Positions 1-14,052 of a stretch of 64,000 nt of DNA are shown in pieces. The position numbers and the translations under genes are program-made. Position 1 is the first letter of the stretch; every line of letters starts with the position of its first letter. The notes beneath the pieces are model-generated. The model had not been told where the DNA came from, searched no databases, and was given only the letters and a program-made list of their open reading frames with translations. Location: assembly GCA_951406725.2 (NCBI GenBank), contig OX597822.1, forward strand, positions 117,800,001 to 117,864,000, given 5' to 3'. This stretch comes from Octopus vulgaris. Its lineage: Eukaryota.

Positions 1-276
1 GCTATGTTCAACGAACTTTACGCTGTTGTGTACGTGTTGTAGCATTCAACGGTCTCTCCCTCTCTGCCTGCCTGGCTGCCTCTCTCTCTCTCTCTTCCTT
101 TCTCACCTCTCTTTCTCTTCCTCCCCCTCTCTCTCCCTCACTTCGCGCACTTGTTCTGTCTCACTCTATTCCCCTGAATCTTCATTGCTTTATATCTTTC
201 TCATATGTGTGTGTCTGTGTTTGTGTGTGTGTGTATGTATGTATGTATGTATGCATGTATGTATATATATGTAGAT

Positions 277-311
<35 letters not shown>

Positions 312-346
312 CATTTATCTATATGTGAATATGTTTATATATATAT

Positions 347-590
347 AAATTTAACAATTAAGGATAACTTCTTAATAAGGAATCTTAACAAGAAATTATC
401 AGGTAGTTAGCGTGAAAAAACTCATAAGAGAAAAAATTCGAAAATAATTTTTTTCCTTTGAAAATATTAATTTATATTGTGTAGAGGGCATCATTACACA
501 TAAATGCCTCATGATTAGTTAAATTTTGGTAGTAATGACTTATGTCCCTCTTAGCGTGAGGCATTTATGTGTAATAATGCCCTCTATAAA

Positions 591-598
<8 letters not shown>
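347..598. mobile_element. Short (TA)n-embedded dispersed element with an internal ~42-bp inverted repeat (470-511 / 557-598)
   Basis: 347-459 and 557-594 recur almost identically at 32048-32198. The arm tattgtgtagagggcatcattacacataaatgcctca is the reverse complement of tgaggcatttatgtgtaataatgccctctataaaata with about 3 mismatches. Flanked by (TA)n. Confidence 0.7.
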
Positions 599-638
<40 letters not shown>

Positions 639-757
639 AGATATACGTATATAAATATATATACAGAGAGAGACAAGTAGATATAGGGCTGCTTATATAT
701 GTGTATATATATATATATATATATGTTTATGTGTATCTATCTATCTATCTATATATA

Positions 758-818
<61 letters not shown>

Positions 819-855
819 GCAGTGACGCGCATGCCGCGCATGCCGCGCACACACG

Positions 856-919
<64 letters not shown>

Positions 920-1111
920 CACTCACACACACATAGGTTTAGTAGAACCAACAAGATAGAATTCAAAATATGAGTACACATTTTATTACATTTTTAATCA
1001 GAAGCCACAAACGACTCAAAGGCCGAAAGTGTCGTGCGTCGCACATTTTAAACTTTGATAAGTTCCCAGGCACGTATCTCGTTTCTTGAATCTCTCCGTT
1101 ACTTGTATGAC

Positions 1112-1154
<43 letters not shown>

Positions 1155-1155
<1 letters not shown>

Positions 1156-1549
1156 CTTTTCTACCGAAAGCACAAGGCCTTGGAATTTTGGGGGAGGGAA
1201 CTAGTCGATTAAATCGACCACAGTGTTTCACTAGAACTTAATTTATTGACCCCGAAAGGATGAAAGGCAAAGTCGACCTCGGCGGAATTTGAACTCAGCA
1301 CGTAGACGTAGCGACGGGCGAAATACCTATTTCTTTATTACCCACAAGGGGCTAAACACAGAGGGGACAAACAAGGACAGACATAGGTATTAAATCGATT
1401 ACATCGACTCCAGTGCGTAACTGGTACTTAATTTATCGACCCCGAAAGGATGAAAGGCAAAGTCGACCTCGGCGGAATTTGAACTCACAACGTAACGCAG
1501 ACGAAATACCGCTTAGCATTTCGCCCGGCGTGCTAACGGTTCTGCCAGC
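1155..1549 (-). mobile_element. Two adjacent tRNA-derived SINE copies (family M, Meta/MESC-like central domain) with different 3' tails
   Basis: Reverse complement of the SINE at 30889-31112 (gagttcaaattccgccgaggtcgactttgcctttcatcctttcggggtcgat). 1326-1549 has the long tail. 1155-1325 has the alternative tail ending at an (AAT)n tract. Confidence 0.85.
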
Positions 1550-1604
1550 GAAATACCGCTAAGCATTTTACCCGGGATACTAGCGACTCTGACAACTTGC
1601 TGCC

Positions 1605-1642
<38 letters not shown>

Positions 1643-1643
1643 T

Positions 1644-1674
<31 letters not shown>

Positions 1675-1692
1675 TGATGATGATGATGATGT

Positions 1693-1729
<37 letters not shown>

Positions 1730-1774
1730 AATAATAGCAATAATGATAATAATAATATTAATAATAATAATAAT

Positions 1775-1962
1775 TCTTTCTACTATAGGCACAAGGCCTG
1801 AATTTTTTTGAGGGGTGAGGTGACTAGTCGATTACATCGAGCCAAGTGTTTCATTGGTACTTAAGTAATCACCCCTAAAGGATGAAAGCCAACAACTGGG
1901 TTCGATGTAATCGACTTAGCCCCTCTCCCGAAATTGCTAGTCCTGTGCCAGAATTTGAAACT
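1775..1962. mobile_element. Family M SINE fragments in opposite orientations
   Basis: 1775-1890 matches the minus-strand tail and central domain. 1895-1962 matches the plus-strand tail (ctgggttcgatgtaatcgactt...tgtgccagaatttgaaac). Confidence 0.65.
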
Positions 1963-4749
1963 CTTTTTATCCTTATAGTATGTGTGTGTCTATTTGTTTC
2001 ATGTATATATATATATAAATAGGCCGGTGGGGGTGTGCGTCGTTGTATGTGTTTGTGTTTGTGAGTTTGAATTCACTGCAGAGACTAAGCATTAGAGAAT
2101 ATTTAGTAGGAGTAAAAATCATTCATTCTAAACTGAGGCTCTTCCTTGTCGCTTCTCGGTTCCATTTTCACCCATATATGAGAAGATAAAAACTCGGAGT
2201 TACGGTGGTACCCCCAGAACTAATCAAATAAGAAATTATGTAGACCATTCATTCCATGCTGATAATAAATATTTCCTGTTACTATCAACAACTGGACTTT
2301 CGCAAAGAATCAAATATGTACGTCAAGAGCAGGTAAAATTCTTTTATCATTGAAACCATTATGAAATCTTTGATAATCTATCGACCTCCGTCATGTAAAT
2401 TTCAAAATATAACTAAAAGGTATACTTAATAAAAAAATTTCTTGATTTAATAAAGATAAGCTCGTTCTTTTGTGAAATTTCCACTTTTTCTACAAGAAAT
2501 ATCTGAAGAAATCTAGTGAAAATACTTAATAAAATTGATATAGAACAATTCAGTTATGTTATATTGATATAATGGAAATATTTAAAGAGAAATATGTATT
2601 TAGTGAAAACTAGTTACTGCAGCGGTATTTGGTGCATCTCAGCCTTAAATGACCATGCTCTTCCATGCTTAATTCGCTAATACATAAGCACCCTTAATGC
2701 TTAAAAACTTTCACGTTTTTATAGACCCCAGTGGTTAATATTGACCACTTTGCCGAACATGACTTAAGTGGTCAAGGCGTACGAGATATTTTTGTTTTCT
2801 ACACTGAAGATGCGGAGTCACATGATTGATGTGTATATTCAGTTTATTTAATATACTATCTATAATGAGTAGGAGTGAAATCTCCCATTGGCTAGAATAC
2901 AAGCCAATCAAAATATAGTATCTGATACCCACCTGGCGATATAAGGACAACTAATTTTACTGTAAATTCCTTTATTAAGCAAATGAAAATAAATATAGAT
3001 CCTTCAGCTTAAGTGAGATCAATAAGAAATCGCATTCATAATACATGTAGCGTTGTACTGCATGTAAAACTATTTGCTCACCTCCATTTCGTAATTATTT
3101 CACTTCTCCATATATTACCATATTACATAAAAGGCATTCAGCCAATCATACGATTCCTCAACAGCTTTTATATCTCTTCTCGCGACTTGTATAACTCTCC
3201 GCCGTATGTATGAAAACCCTCTATTCATTCACTCCCACCACCGTGGACTGGCTGCACTCTGATATTCTGGAATACCAATCTATATTCATACTCAAGACCG
3301 CTAAAATATCACAACTGCTAACATTTCTCCTCATACTGAGCAGCACTCAAACTCTAATCAGTTCAATTCACAAATCAATGAGTTAATCCGAAGATTAAAA
3401 TACTCATACATGACTGAGTAGTTAAGAAATTCGCTTCACAATCGTAAGATCACAAGTTCTGTTTTATTACATGGTACGTTGGACAAGAATGTTTACCATA
3501 AACCTCGGCTCGAGTCAAGATTTGTGAGTAGAATTGGGGGGGACAGAAACTGTGTAGAAAAAACCCTCGAATGCTTCGTAATTCAAAATCTTTGAGACTT
3601 CTGAAGTCGCGCTAATTCGGTTTTGGAACTGCGTAAAGAGTGTATGTATATGTAAAGTAGGCAGCCACCTACACGTTAGTTTAAGGCGACGAGCGTTCGT
3701 TCAACGAAGAACAACTGATTGTCCATCGCTGAATTCGTCAGAGAATCCCATCAATTGCATATAGCTATTTATAAGGAATATTGTTGTCACCATGGCAGCT
3801 GATAAGATTCTGCGTCATCAATTATCAGAAAAAAGTTCACAAAATAGAACAATTATTTTTCACCGAAGAAGAAAATGAGTCCAGTATGTTAGACTAAGCA
3901 ATTAACTATTCCCCTTTATAATTAGTTCAAATGTCTATTCAATACTAAGTATAAAATATCAGCCAATCACACGCTTCTCACATCTTTCTTAATATTCTTT
4001 CTAGACAACATCCACCGTACACATCCAAATTCTACGTCGGAGTAGATACCAATCTGTGCGTCAGGATACGTACCTTTAACGGAATTAAAATTAACTCATC
4101 TTTGACAAATGCAAAGAAGCCGTTTCCAAAACCTATCTCAGTTGCATTCATCTTTATGCAAATGAAGGGAGCGTACAGGGAGCGAACTGATACCAGCTGT
4201 AACTTTCATTTTGATTTAGACTAAATTTCCCGATCATTTTTTTCACACCACCGTCTTCTTCACTAAATAACTACTTTAGTATGAGCCTATTAGATATCCT
4301 TTGCACTGTCACTCGACCTGCTAGAAATAGCAACGGAATTTCCCTTAAATTTTACTAAAATCTAAAAAATAAAAATAGGACACATTAAAAATCCTTTATT
4401 CTAGGAAAAAGAGTTGATCTTTTGACTATTATCAACATAGCTTTGTCCGTATCAAAGCAGACCTGGGATTAAGTAACCTCATCAATGACATCTGGTTAAC
4501 AGTTTATCTGCAGCCATTTTGACGTTCGCTCCAGAAATAGTAAAGATTTTTCTGACATACGCATAAAGCCAGAAATTTTGTTGAGAAAAGACACCTAATA
4601 TGTTACTGGTACTTTATATTATTGGCCCGGAAATGATGAAAAGCAACATTGACCTAGATAGGATGTTCGATGCGCTAACGATCCTTCTAATTCACATCTC
4701 TTTAATAATAATATTTTCTAGCATTAAGACTCTGGGTTGGCAAAATCGT

Positions 4750-4905
4750 TACCACGTCGGGAAAAATGCTTTGCTCCGGCTTCACGTTCTGTGTTCGAAT
4801 ACCGACGGAGTCGACTTTGCTTTCCTTCCTTTCGGGGTCAACAAAATAAGTACCAGTTGAACACTGGGATCGATTTAATTGTTGGCCTTGTGCCAAAATT
4901 TGAAA
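4750..4905 (+). mobile_element. Decayed family M SINE
   Basis: gtcgactttgctttccttcctttcggggtcaacaaaataagtaccagttgaacactggg matches the family central domain. Confidence 0.75.
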
Positions 4906-5184
4906 TCAGTATTTCCTGGCATTGGTACAAAGCTTTAAATTTGGGCGCAGAGGGTCAACCAATTTATCTAACTCCAATACTTTATTTATTTAAGGCCTTC
5001 CTTTCCTATCGAAAACTTTTCTCCCCCGTCCTCGACTCTGGAATGTATTTCTTGTTTCTCTCCAGTTTCTCCCTGTTTTTTCTACTCTCCCTTATGTTTC
5101 ATGAAAGAAGGCCTTTCTCTCACAGTTCTTGTCAGTTTCGATTTCTCGTCAATGTTTGTGTAACTTTGCTTTATTCTAGGTAGG

Positions 5185-5360
5185 ATGGTTCGTGCTACAT
5201 GAACCTATTTTTACATTAGGAAAGGGGTGGCCCACTTTAGTCTGGCCTCTATCTTTTGACCTTTCTAGCACGGGAGATCCCACCAGGAGCTTACACTCAG
5301 TTGGCATTGCTCTCAGGATCATTGAGGCACACAAGACACCTTACTTCCACAAGGACTGCA
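5185..5360 (-). mobile_element. RTE-clade (BovB/Expander-like) LINE 5' leader remnant
   Basis: Minus strand reads ccttgtgg...cttgtgtgcctcaatgatcctgagagcaatgcc...ctcctggtgggatctccc...aaaggtcaaa...ccagactaaag, resembling the conserved RTE 5' end as recalled. Confidence 0.55.
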
Positions 5361-6717
5361 CTCTAGTACTCTACTGGTACTTTATTCTATCGACTCCAGA
5401 GGGATGAAAGACAAAACCTCTCTCACCAGGATTTATGTTCAGAACATAAAAAAGTTAAAACATACGGTAAGACATTTTGCCCGATACTCTAACGATTCTG
5501 GCAATTCCCCGCCCTCCATTACTCGTAACAATCATTTACAACTTAGGCAGAAAACCAAGACATTTTTGGCGAGGGTTACACTCGAATAAGAAAGAGCCCC
5601 ACATTTTTTGCTGGTTATCGTTTAGCAATCGGAGAACAATGAAACACAATCCAGTGATAACGATTTCTCACAGTGTAACAAGTTCACAATTTATGGGAGA
5701 GAAACGATTGATTCAATTGCCATCAGTATTTATCAGTTACATATTCTATGGCCCCAGGAAGTATTTTGATTTCAGCTAGTGATGTATTAGGTTCGGTGCT
5801 CTACCGATTATGCTGCCCAGTTGATATACCACAGTATGAATTTTGTCTTAAACTTGGTAAAAATCTTGCATCCGTTGAAATATAGTGCAAAGGATTAAAA
5901 TGAAATGGAATTTTTAATCTGCGAAATATACAGAGGAAAAAGAAGAGCAGAACTGTGATCGTTCTTACTTCCTTGTCTGACGGGGTTAATGTAGTTCAGT
6001 TCTCTATAATGAAAATTTTAAAAAAAGCTAGCTGCAAGAAAAGCAAGGAACACTCTACGTACTTGCCTTATTGCTAGATACGGCAGCCAAATTAATCTCA
6101 AATGCCATTATTAAGAAAGAAAGGTACATTAATATAACAGTCTCTTATGTATGAACAAATTTTTTTTACAAGTGGAGTGCATTTGATCATGCGTTTCTCC
6201 TTCGTGAATGTGGACTAAGCCAATTGAACAACGTGGACAGCGAGATAATTGGAGAGAAGTAAAAAAGAAATTATGGACGAATGATCGAGAAAGGGGTTTA
6301 AAACGGGTTCTGTAAAGATATTCCTCAGCAGAGTTTTTCTCGAATAAAAATCAACGATAAATAACTTCCGAAAAATAATAGTCATGCCTCTAACAAATCA
6401 CACTGTAGTCACTATGAGTGTGACATAAACAAAGGCAGGATGATCACGGTTGGAAGTCCTTTATTCATACGTTGGGTCGTTCACCTTTGAATTAGGAGAT
6501 AAGAAATTCTAGCAAATAATTATTTGCAAACACAGAATGGAAATTAGCTGCAATGGCTGAGCCAATTTGCAAAGCGCGCGTTTGTCGGCAGCATGATTAA
6601 AGAATTAAATATTTATGAAAAGAACCCATATTGGTAAACTTATACATTATGTATGTGTGTGCGTGTGTGTATGCATATCTCTGTGTATATTTGCATGTAT
6701 GCATGTGTATATATGTG

Positions 6718-6794
<77 letters not shown>

Positions 6795-8230
6795 GTATAT
6801 ATATATATGCATGTGTTTATAAATATATGCATATATATGTATATATATATATATATCTTCTTACCAGCACTAAGTGACACAAAGGGTGTAAAGAACCACA
6901 TGGAAAATTTTGATATCAAGTCAAACCAAATTGTCTCTTCTTCAGAAAAATGTCCTTGTAAAGTTGGGAATTATCGAATCATACGTGTGATTCGCGTAGT
7001 TTTCACTCGCCCATCAAATATTGAGGTCCCGACACCAACTTGCATAAAGGCACGTTTTCATGAGGGACCAGCATGCTAGTTCTTTGGTTAACGGAACTTA
7101 AAGTTTCACGCGACTGAATAGCCGTGAAACTTCAAGTAACGATATAGAGTATCACTCCAATACAGACGCGCACACACACACACCCAAACACGCACACAGA
7201 CAAATACGCTCAAAGCCACACACACACACACAGACACACACATAACGTGCACACGCACAAACATATATACAGAGATTGCTTAGCACATATATGTATATAG
7301 ATACACAAATACATATTTATTTCTCAATCTCTCTCGCCCTCTTTCTTTCTCTCTCTTTCTCTCCCCCTCTCTCTCTCACACATATAACTGTATGAGAGAT
7401 AGAGAAAGAGAAATACAAACACATACAAGCAATATCTACGTGAATATGTATATATGTATGCGTGCGTGTCCGTGCGTGAGCGTGTGTGTGCGTGCGTGTG
7501 CGTGTGTGATTGTGAATGTGCTTGTGAGTGTGCGTGTGAGTGTGCGCGAGAGTGTGTCTGTTTGTGTATGTGTGTCTGAGTGTGTAATGCGATCGAATGG
7601 GTAAGTCGACCTTTAACGAAAATCAAACGGTGGCAGTAGCGGTATGGGTGGTGGTGGCGGGGGGTGGGGAGAAGAATTTTGAGGCAGCAAAGATGCTGCA
7701 AAAGTGTTGTCGGTTGGCGATTTACGTTAAAGGGTTGAAGGGGGGGAGCTAAGGGTACGGAGGTGCAGAAATCGGCGAATTGATTACAGCAATAATAGAA
7801 AGGAGAGTGAAAGGAGAGTAAGAGGAGGGAGTGAGTCAGCTGAGTGGAAAAGTAACGACAGCGTCAGAATGTCATGGAGGAATAAAGCGAACGTGAGCCA
7901 TTTTGTTTCCATCTAGTTAATAAATTGATTACATATTTTATCTCTCTTGTCTCTATCTCCTTTCTTTTTTACTAATTTCTTCCACCCTCTCTCCATCTCT
8001 CTCTCCCTCTCTTTCTCACTTTCTCTCTCTCTCTCTCACTCTATCTACCTATCTATCTATCTATCTATCTATCTCTCTTTCTCTCTTTCTCTCTCTCTCT
8101 ATCTCTCTCTATATATCTCTCTCTTTCTCTCACTCTCTCTCTCTATCTCTCTTTCTCTCTCCCTGTTTTCGATTTCAATATTCATAATTCACTCCTCTTC
8201 CATGCTCATCTCTATTTTCAACAATACAAC

Positions 8231-8372
8231 CTTCTTCTTCTTCTTCTTCTTCTTCTTCTTCTTCTTCTTCTTCTTCTTCTTCTTCTTCTTCTTCTTCTTC
8301 TTCTTCTTCTTCTTCTTCTTCTTCTTCTTCTTCTTCTCCTTCTTCTCCTCCTCCTCCTCCTCCTCCTCCTCC
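8231..8372. repeat. (CTT)n/(CCT)n microsatellite following a CT-rich tract from about 7940
   Basis: Directly visible. Confidence 0.98.
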
Positions 8373-8747
8373 TTCATCTACTTCTTCTTTTCCTTCTACT
8401 CCCTTTCCTCCTCCTCATTATTGTAATTCTTCTTGCTTTCAATATATTTAAGTATATGAATCTTCATGTACATACATACAAAATAGATATACACACACGT
8501 TACATATATAACGTGTGTGTACATATGTGACTATATACATATATAACGTGTATATATATATGTGAGTGTGTGTGTGTGAGAGAGAGTCAAAGAAGAAAAT
8601 TAAGATATCAATATAACATAAGTATAATATTGGTTACAATTGTTTCATTCTTCGAACCTAATTACATAAGAACTAGAAATTTATCCACGGTTGGATTTCA
8701 CAGAGTGGCACTTCATCAAACACTTACCAAACTGTGCCATAATACAC

Positions 8748-8794
<47 letters not shown>

Positions 8795-9055
8795 GTATGA
8801 TTGGTGTGTTGAAGAATTTATTCTTACGTTTTTAAGCCTAGTACTTATTCTATCGCCTAACACATCATCAGCGGTTATCGAGCGGTGTTGAGGGACACAC
8901 GCAGTCACAAAGACGCACTCACATACATACACACACACACACACACACTCACATATGTATGTGTGTATATGTGTGTATATATATGTATATAAATATATAT
9001 ATATATATATATATTTATATACATATATATGTATGTATTTATATATATATGTATG

Positions 9056-9105
<50 letters not shown>

Positions 9106-9620
9106 TGTATGTATATATGTATATGACGGGTGTCTATCTGTTTATTTTATCAGATCCCTCCACAAGACTTTGATCAGCACGAGGTTAATATATAAAAAAA
9201 AAACACTTGCCCAACGTGTCATGCAGCGGGACTGAGCCTTGAACCAAGTGGTTAGGAAGCAAACTTGCTAACATGCAACTAAAATTAGATTCTATATTTC
9301 CCCACCTTTCTTTTCTCTTGCATTCTATCTTAGCCTTATTTACAACTCCAATTATCATTCACTTTGTTTACATATACACACAGACAGACGTGTATAGTCA
9401 CACCCACGCACACCTACAAATGCACGCAAAGGCACACGTATTCTTCGTGAGTGCTTTGGTGTTTATGGGTGACTAATTAACTGCACTGCCGGGTAACATG
9501 TTCGCTATAGTGTTCAGACAGGCTCCTATTTACACGAACAGACATTTATATATGTGTGTTTGCGAATGTACACTGACACACACACACACACACACGCTCA
9601 CACACACACACATACACACA

Positions 9621-9654
<34 letters not shown>

Positions 9655-9873
9655 TTTACACACGCAGGTGCACGCACGTAAATTAACTCTCATTCCACCA
9701 GGCTTAGAAATACACACGCACAGTTTTTCACTCGTGATCAATGTCGGTATGTTATGCACCAGGTTAAGGACGTAGAGATGCATTAGCAAATGTTACGCAT
9801 AGGTACACACGGAAACATAGATACTTGTAGATTAATCCGTTTACACACTTATGAACGTGGCTGCATATATTAC

Positions 9874-10052
<179 letters not shown>

Positions 10053-10117
10053 AACAACGTAACTACACGTGTGCCGTTGGCGATTTCATTTCCATCTTTG
10101 GATTTTTCTGTTTCTTC

Positions 10118-10150
10118 TTTCCGACGAAGAGCTATGCTCGAAACGTCAAA
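10118..10150 (+). ncRNA. Minimal type-I hammerhead-ribozyme-like motif within a short dispersed element (about 10058-10220)
   Basis: ttt CCGACGA a GAGC tat GCTC GAAA cGTC aaa. Core is CUGANGA with U4C, stem II is 4 bp, stem III is the palindrome ACGT, and the triplet is GUC. A relative lies at 56712-56938. Confidence 0.5.
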
Positions 10151-10559
10151 TTCTCTCCTTTCACCGAGTGTCAAGCTAAGACGTCCGTTTTTTCTTTCGT
10201 TTTTTATTCGTTTACTTGAATGGAGTACATGTGTGTATGTTTGCTTGTGTGTATATATGTGTGTGTGTGTGTGTAAATTATGGCATAATTATAAACAGGG
10301 GAAATTTTAACCATTTCTGCATTTTGTATCTAAAGGTTAAGCCTCAACAATCCATCTAGTTGAAAACAACTCACAAGTGGTATCACTGGCTGCAGTGAAG
10401 GCCCGGAAATCACTCGCCTGTGCACGTGCACTGAGTCGAAAACACTGCATATCGGATCCCAGTAGATTTCAGGTGTCATCGTGAGAAAATGCGTACTTTT
10501 CCGGACCCTTCCTTTCGATGACTTTGCAGAGCACCGGACCCTACTCAGTGATGTGAAGT

Positions 10560-11950
10560 CCCATCTACTCGTTCGACCGATTAGTATTCGATCTTAAATT
10601 CATTTTGGGATCTTTATCACTCTAGCCAGGTTTCGTCATCTCTTTTCAAATGCTGGATCTCTTTCATGATAGCGTTTGCTTGTAGAGGTTTGAGGTCAAT
10701 TGATATTAGCTTACAGTTCAGTCTGGTCCCATTAAAGTCTATACATTCAACTTCTACAAGAACCAGAATTTTCACAGTCTTGTAGTAGCATCACATAACA
10801 GTCATCTTTCCTAACGTCAACTGCATTTATTTTGTCTTCATGTGGAACAGTGAATTCAACAAAGTGTATTATCTTACGTTCCACATACCATTTCTTCATA
10901 TCTGGCTTCTTCTTCGGTGGTATTAGAAAGAGGCCCGGCATGACCTGCTACCATCTCCCATTGTCCATCCCAGTTCTCGCAATTCAAAGTTTCTCCTTGT
11001 GTTTTCGATAACCACTTGACGGTGCCAGACAAACGTAATAAACAGTTTGTTGCTACATATCTGCAGTTTCTTACTTATCATTCATAATTTCTTACCGCTT
11101 CTTAGCGGCACTACACGGAATCTTGAGGACCTCATTGTGTCTCAATATATATCTTTTCACCGCCTTTGAGCACTTACATTAATGTACTTTCGCGTTCTAA
11201 CTTTTTCGCATGTACATTTTGTCCTCATTTGCTATTTTCCATCTCAGCAGATTGCGTGGGGATGGCAGTAAATCAGACGAGGTGGGTTGAAGACGAAAGC
11301 TCAACCATGATCTCATTCCAACCCACCTTCCTTTCAATAACCTCTTCTTCCCACTTTCATAGCAGTTCCCTTTATTATGATTTTCTAGCAATAAACACTA
11401 CAACTCTAAGCGGTTCCGTGCTCCCTCTGAGTCATCTTCGAAAATAGTTTAAATGGATTGCAACAACTTTCTGGTCACTTTGAATTGCTCCCACTTACAT
11501 CTCGATGTTCAAGGGCTGCTTTTATGCCATCAGTTTCTAACCCCCGCCAAATTTTCTTGCTGTTTTGACATCTTGTGGATTGTCTCGTATTTTTGTAACA
11601 GCTGGCCACAAAACCATTGGTTTCTTCATAATCCCATCTGGCAAAAAGACATCTTTACCTAAAGATTGCGAGGGAGCTTCAGCTGAATCATTTATCAATC
11701 CGATGATCTTTTTGAGTTAGGGGGTTAAATTACCAACATTATTCATACACATCTTGCGTTGATGGATCTTCAATACCACTTGGATACTAGACATTTTACA
11801 TCATTACATGCACTCGTAGGCGCTTCTAGTCTCAGGCGTATTCTTTTGTACAAGTCTTATTTTCTATTCCATGTCCGTATCATTTTGTTAGCTTTTAGCG
11901 CGCCATGTTCAGATTTCTTTCCCAGTTAAATGTACAGAAGTATAATGATC
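10560..11950 (-). mobile_element. Decayed HERO-like (R2/NeSL-group, restriction-like endonuclease) non-LTR retrotransposon, 3' part
   Basis: Minus-strand peptides in the expected order: DVKTARK...ALEHRD; LSFRLQPTSSDLLPSPRNLLRW; a CxC...RYILRHNEVL zinc-knuckle region; KPDM..W..ERKIIHFVEFTVPHED...RKDDCY (PD-(D/E)xK RLE motif, ORF 10747-10941). Many frameshifts. Confidence 0.85.
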
Positions 11951-12074
11951 GGCACAGAATGGGGGAAACGAAACTCCAACACTGGTGACTAGCGATTTTA
12001 CGGATTATGGGTCTCACCATTAAGCACGTACACTAACAATTAGCCTGCATGAAAATATCTACAACCTTATGGTA

Positions 12075-12152
<78 letters not shown>

Positions 12153-13289
12153 TTGTGAGTCTGTGTTTGTGCATTACCATGTAAGTTAATAATTTCTCTA
12201 ATCCAAAATATGCCTCCAAGCTCCCTCGGTTTATAACATCTTTGGTGACAGTTTACTTTATTAAACCCTGCTGCAACCATTGATTAGTACTTGATATATG
12301 TGCAGAGCTCTGTCTGTGCGTCTGTATCTCAGTGTAAACGTAATTATGCGTACATAGAAAAGGAACTTGAATAACAATTTATCCTTATCTTGAATGGCGG
12401 ATATACGTTTTTTTCAACATCTCACCAGTATTTCTTTTTTACTATATTTTTTACTTTATCTATCTTCCACCAGTTTTATCAAACGCTTTATTATCTACTA
12501 TTCATTTTTTTCTATTTTTTAAATTTTTCTCAGCCTCCCTCATTCTTCCATCTTTCGGTTATCGTCTGCTTTTTCCCAATTTCCCAAGTCTTGTTCTCTA
12601 GTTTCCTTTCTCCCCTTTACATCATACGATTTATGTTCTCTACTTTTCTCTTCGCTCTCCCGCTTCCATACTTGCCCTATCTTTATGGTCAGTTACTTTA
12701 CTCTCCTGGTTTTTAAAACTTACCATCTTGTATTGATATCCACTACCACCATCTCCTCAGCTGTGTAATTCTTAGATTTCAAGCTTCCATCGATTCTATC
12801 ATATTTTTTAAATCTTTGTTTCTTTGTAGCTGTATGTCTGCAATTATTTCCACAATTCTGCTTCTGTTTCTTTCTAAAATCAACATGCGAAATGAAAACC
12901 TTTTCTATCAAGCTTAATGCTATAGTTCCCTCCTCTGCAGGAAACTCTAGGCATCTTTTATCTAGAGTCGTTTCCTGTTGCCTCTTCATTTAGGATTCTA
13001 GTCTAAAACATTTCCTCTAGATTTAGAAACCACTTATATCAGGAAGATGAAATGAGGCACATAGTTAAATGCCTTATTCATAACTCTATGAAATGACAAC
13101 TTACAGTTTAAACTCAGCTAATTCATATCTTATATTGACATTTCACCATCCCTACTATCGATGCTTAACTCTTTTAACAGGTTTTGTCACTAAAAAAGTC
13201 TGAACACATCTATGCGTACGTTACACGTAACAAGAATAATAAAGGTACAAACTCATATACAAAAAAACCTTACACATCACATCAAACAC

Positions 13290-13540
13290 CGGTCACTTTG
13301 AATTGCTCCCACTATATCTCGATGCCCAAATGCTGCTTTTATGCCATCAGTTTCTAACCCTCACACAATTTTCTTGCTGTTTTGACATCTTGTGGAGAGT
13401 CCCGTATTTTTGTAATTAGCAGCAGGCCACAAAACCACTGGTTTCTTCATAGTCTCATCTGACAAAAAGGCATCTTTACCGAAAGATTTTGAATGAACTT
13501 CAGCTGAGTCATTTATCAACCCCCAATGCTTCGATGAAGT
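13290..13540 (-). mobile_element. Second fragment of the same HERO-like element
   Basis: Diverged direct copy of 11472-11710 (ggtcactttgaattgctcccact...cttcagctga(a/g)tcatttatcaa). Confidence 0.85.
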
Positions 13541-13989
13541 CAAACTGAAACAAGAGAAAGCTGTAAGTGGTTACGCGAAATAACAGCAAACTCACCATCA
13601 AATTACACCGCATGGTCTAAAACCTCGGTTAATACAGCGAATGTGTCTGGTAGAAAAATAATATTTGATCATGGCTGGAATACCTCTGATCATACGTTCG
13701 CTCAACTAGGGCAGACCTGTAGCTCTACATCACTACCCTGGACTATTCAAGACATACACATTCATCATATCAAAGTAGTAAATATACAATGATGCAATCA
13801 AACTTACAACCTGTGCATCAGCAATGACAAAATGAATGGGAGTGGGTCAAGTGAGGCGTGATGGACTTGAAAAATATTCTCTTTAATAGCTTTTACAAAA
13901 ATAACTATTTTTGACATGATTTATCAGTGGTAACTTAATTTGCGGCTTACTATTAGCACTCGTATAGTCCAACACAATAAGACAAAATT

Positions 13990-14052
<63 letters not shown>

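Noticed and set aside
1-190. Possible promoter or 5' UTR at the window edge
   Set aside because: CT-rich unique-looking sequence, but truncated by the window and without diagnostic motifs.
7095-7137. 15-bp-arm hairpin (acttaaagtttcacg / cgtgaaacttcaagt) as a terminator or pre-miRNA
   Set aside because: Intrinsic terminators do not apply to this genome, the stem is too short for a pre-miRNA, and it is likely a repeat-end structure.
8620-8730. Minus-strand TTGATGA ... GAAACAATTGTA with palindromic stem III
   Set aside because: Possibly a decayed member of the hammerhead-bearing class, but the boxes are about 65 nt apart without a clear stem II; too weak to call.
12720-12989. 89-aa minus-strand non-repetitive ORF
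   Set aside because: No recognisable domain; lies between retroelement fragments and is probably TE debris.
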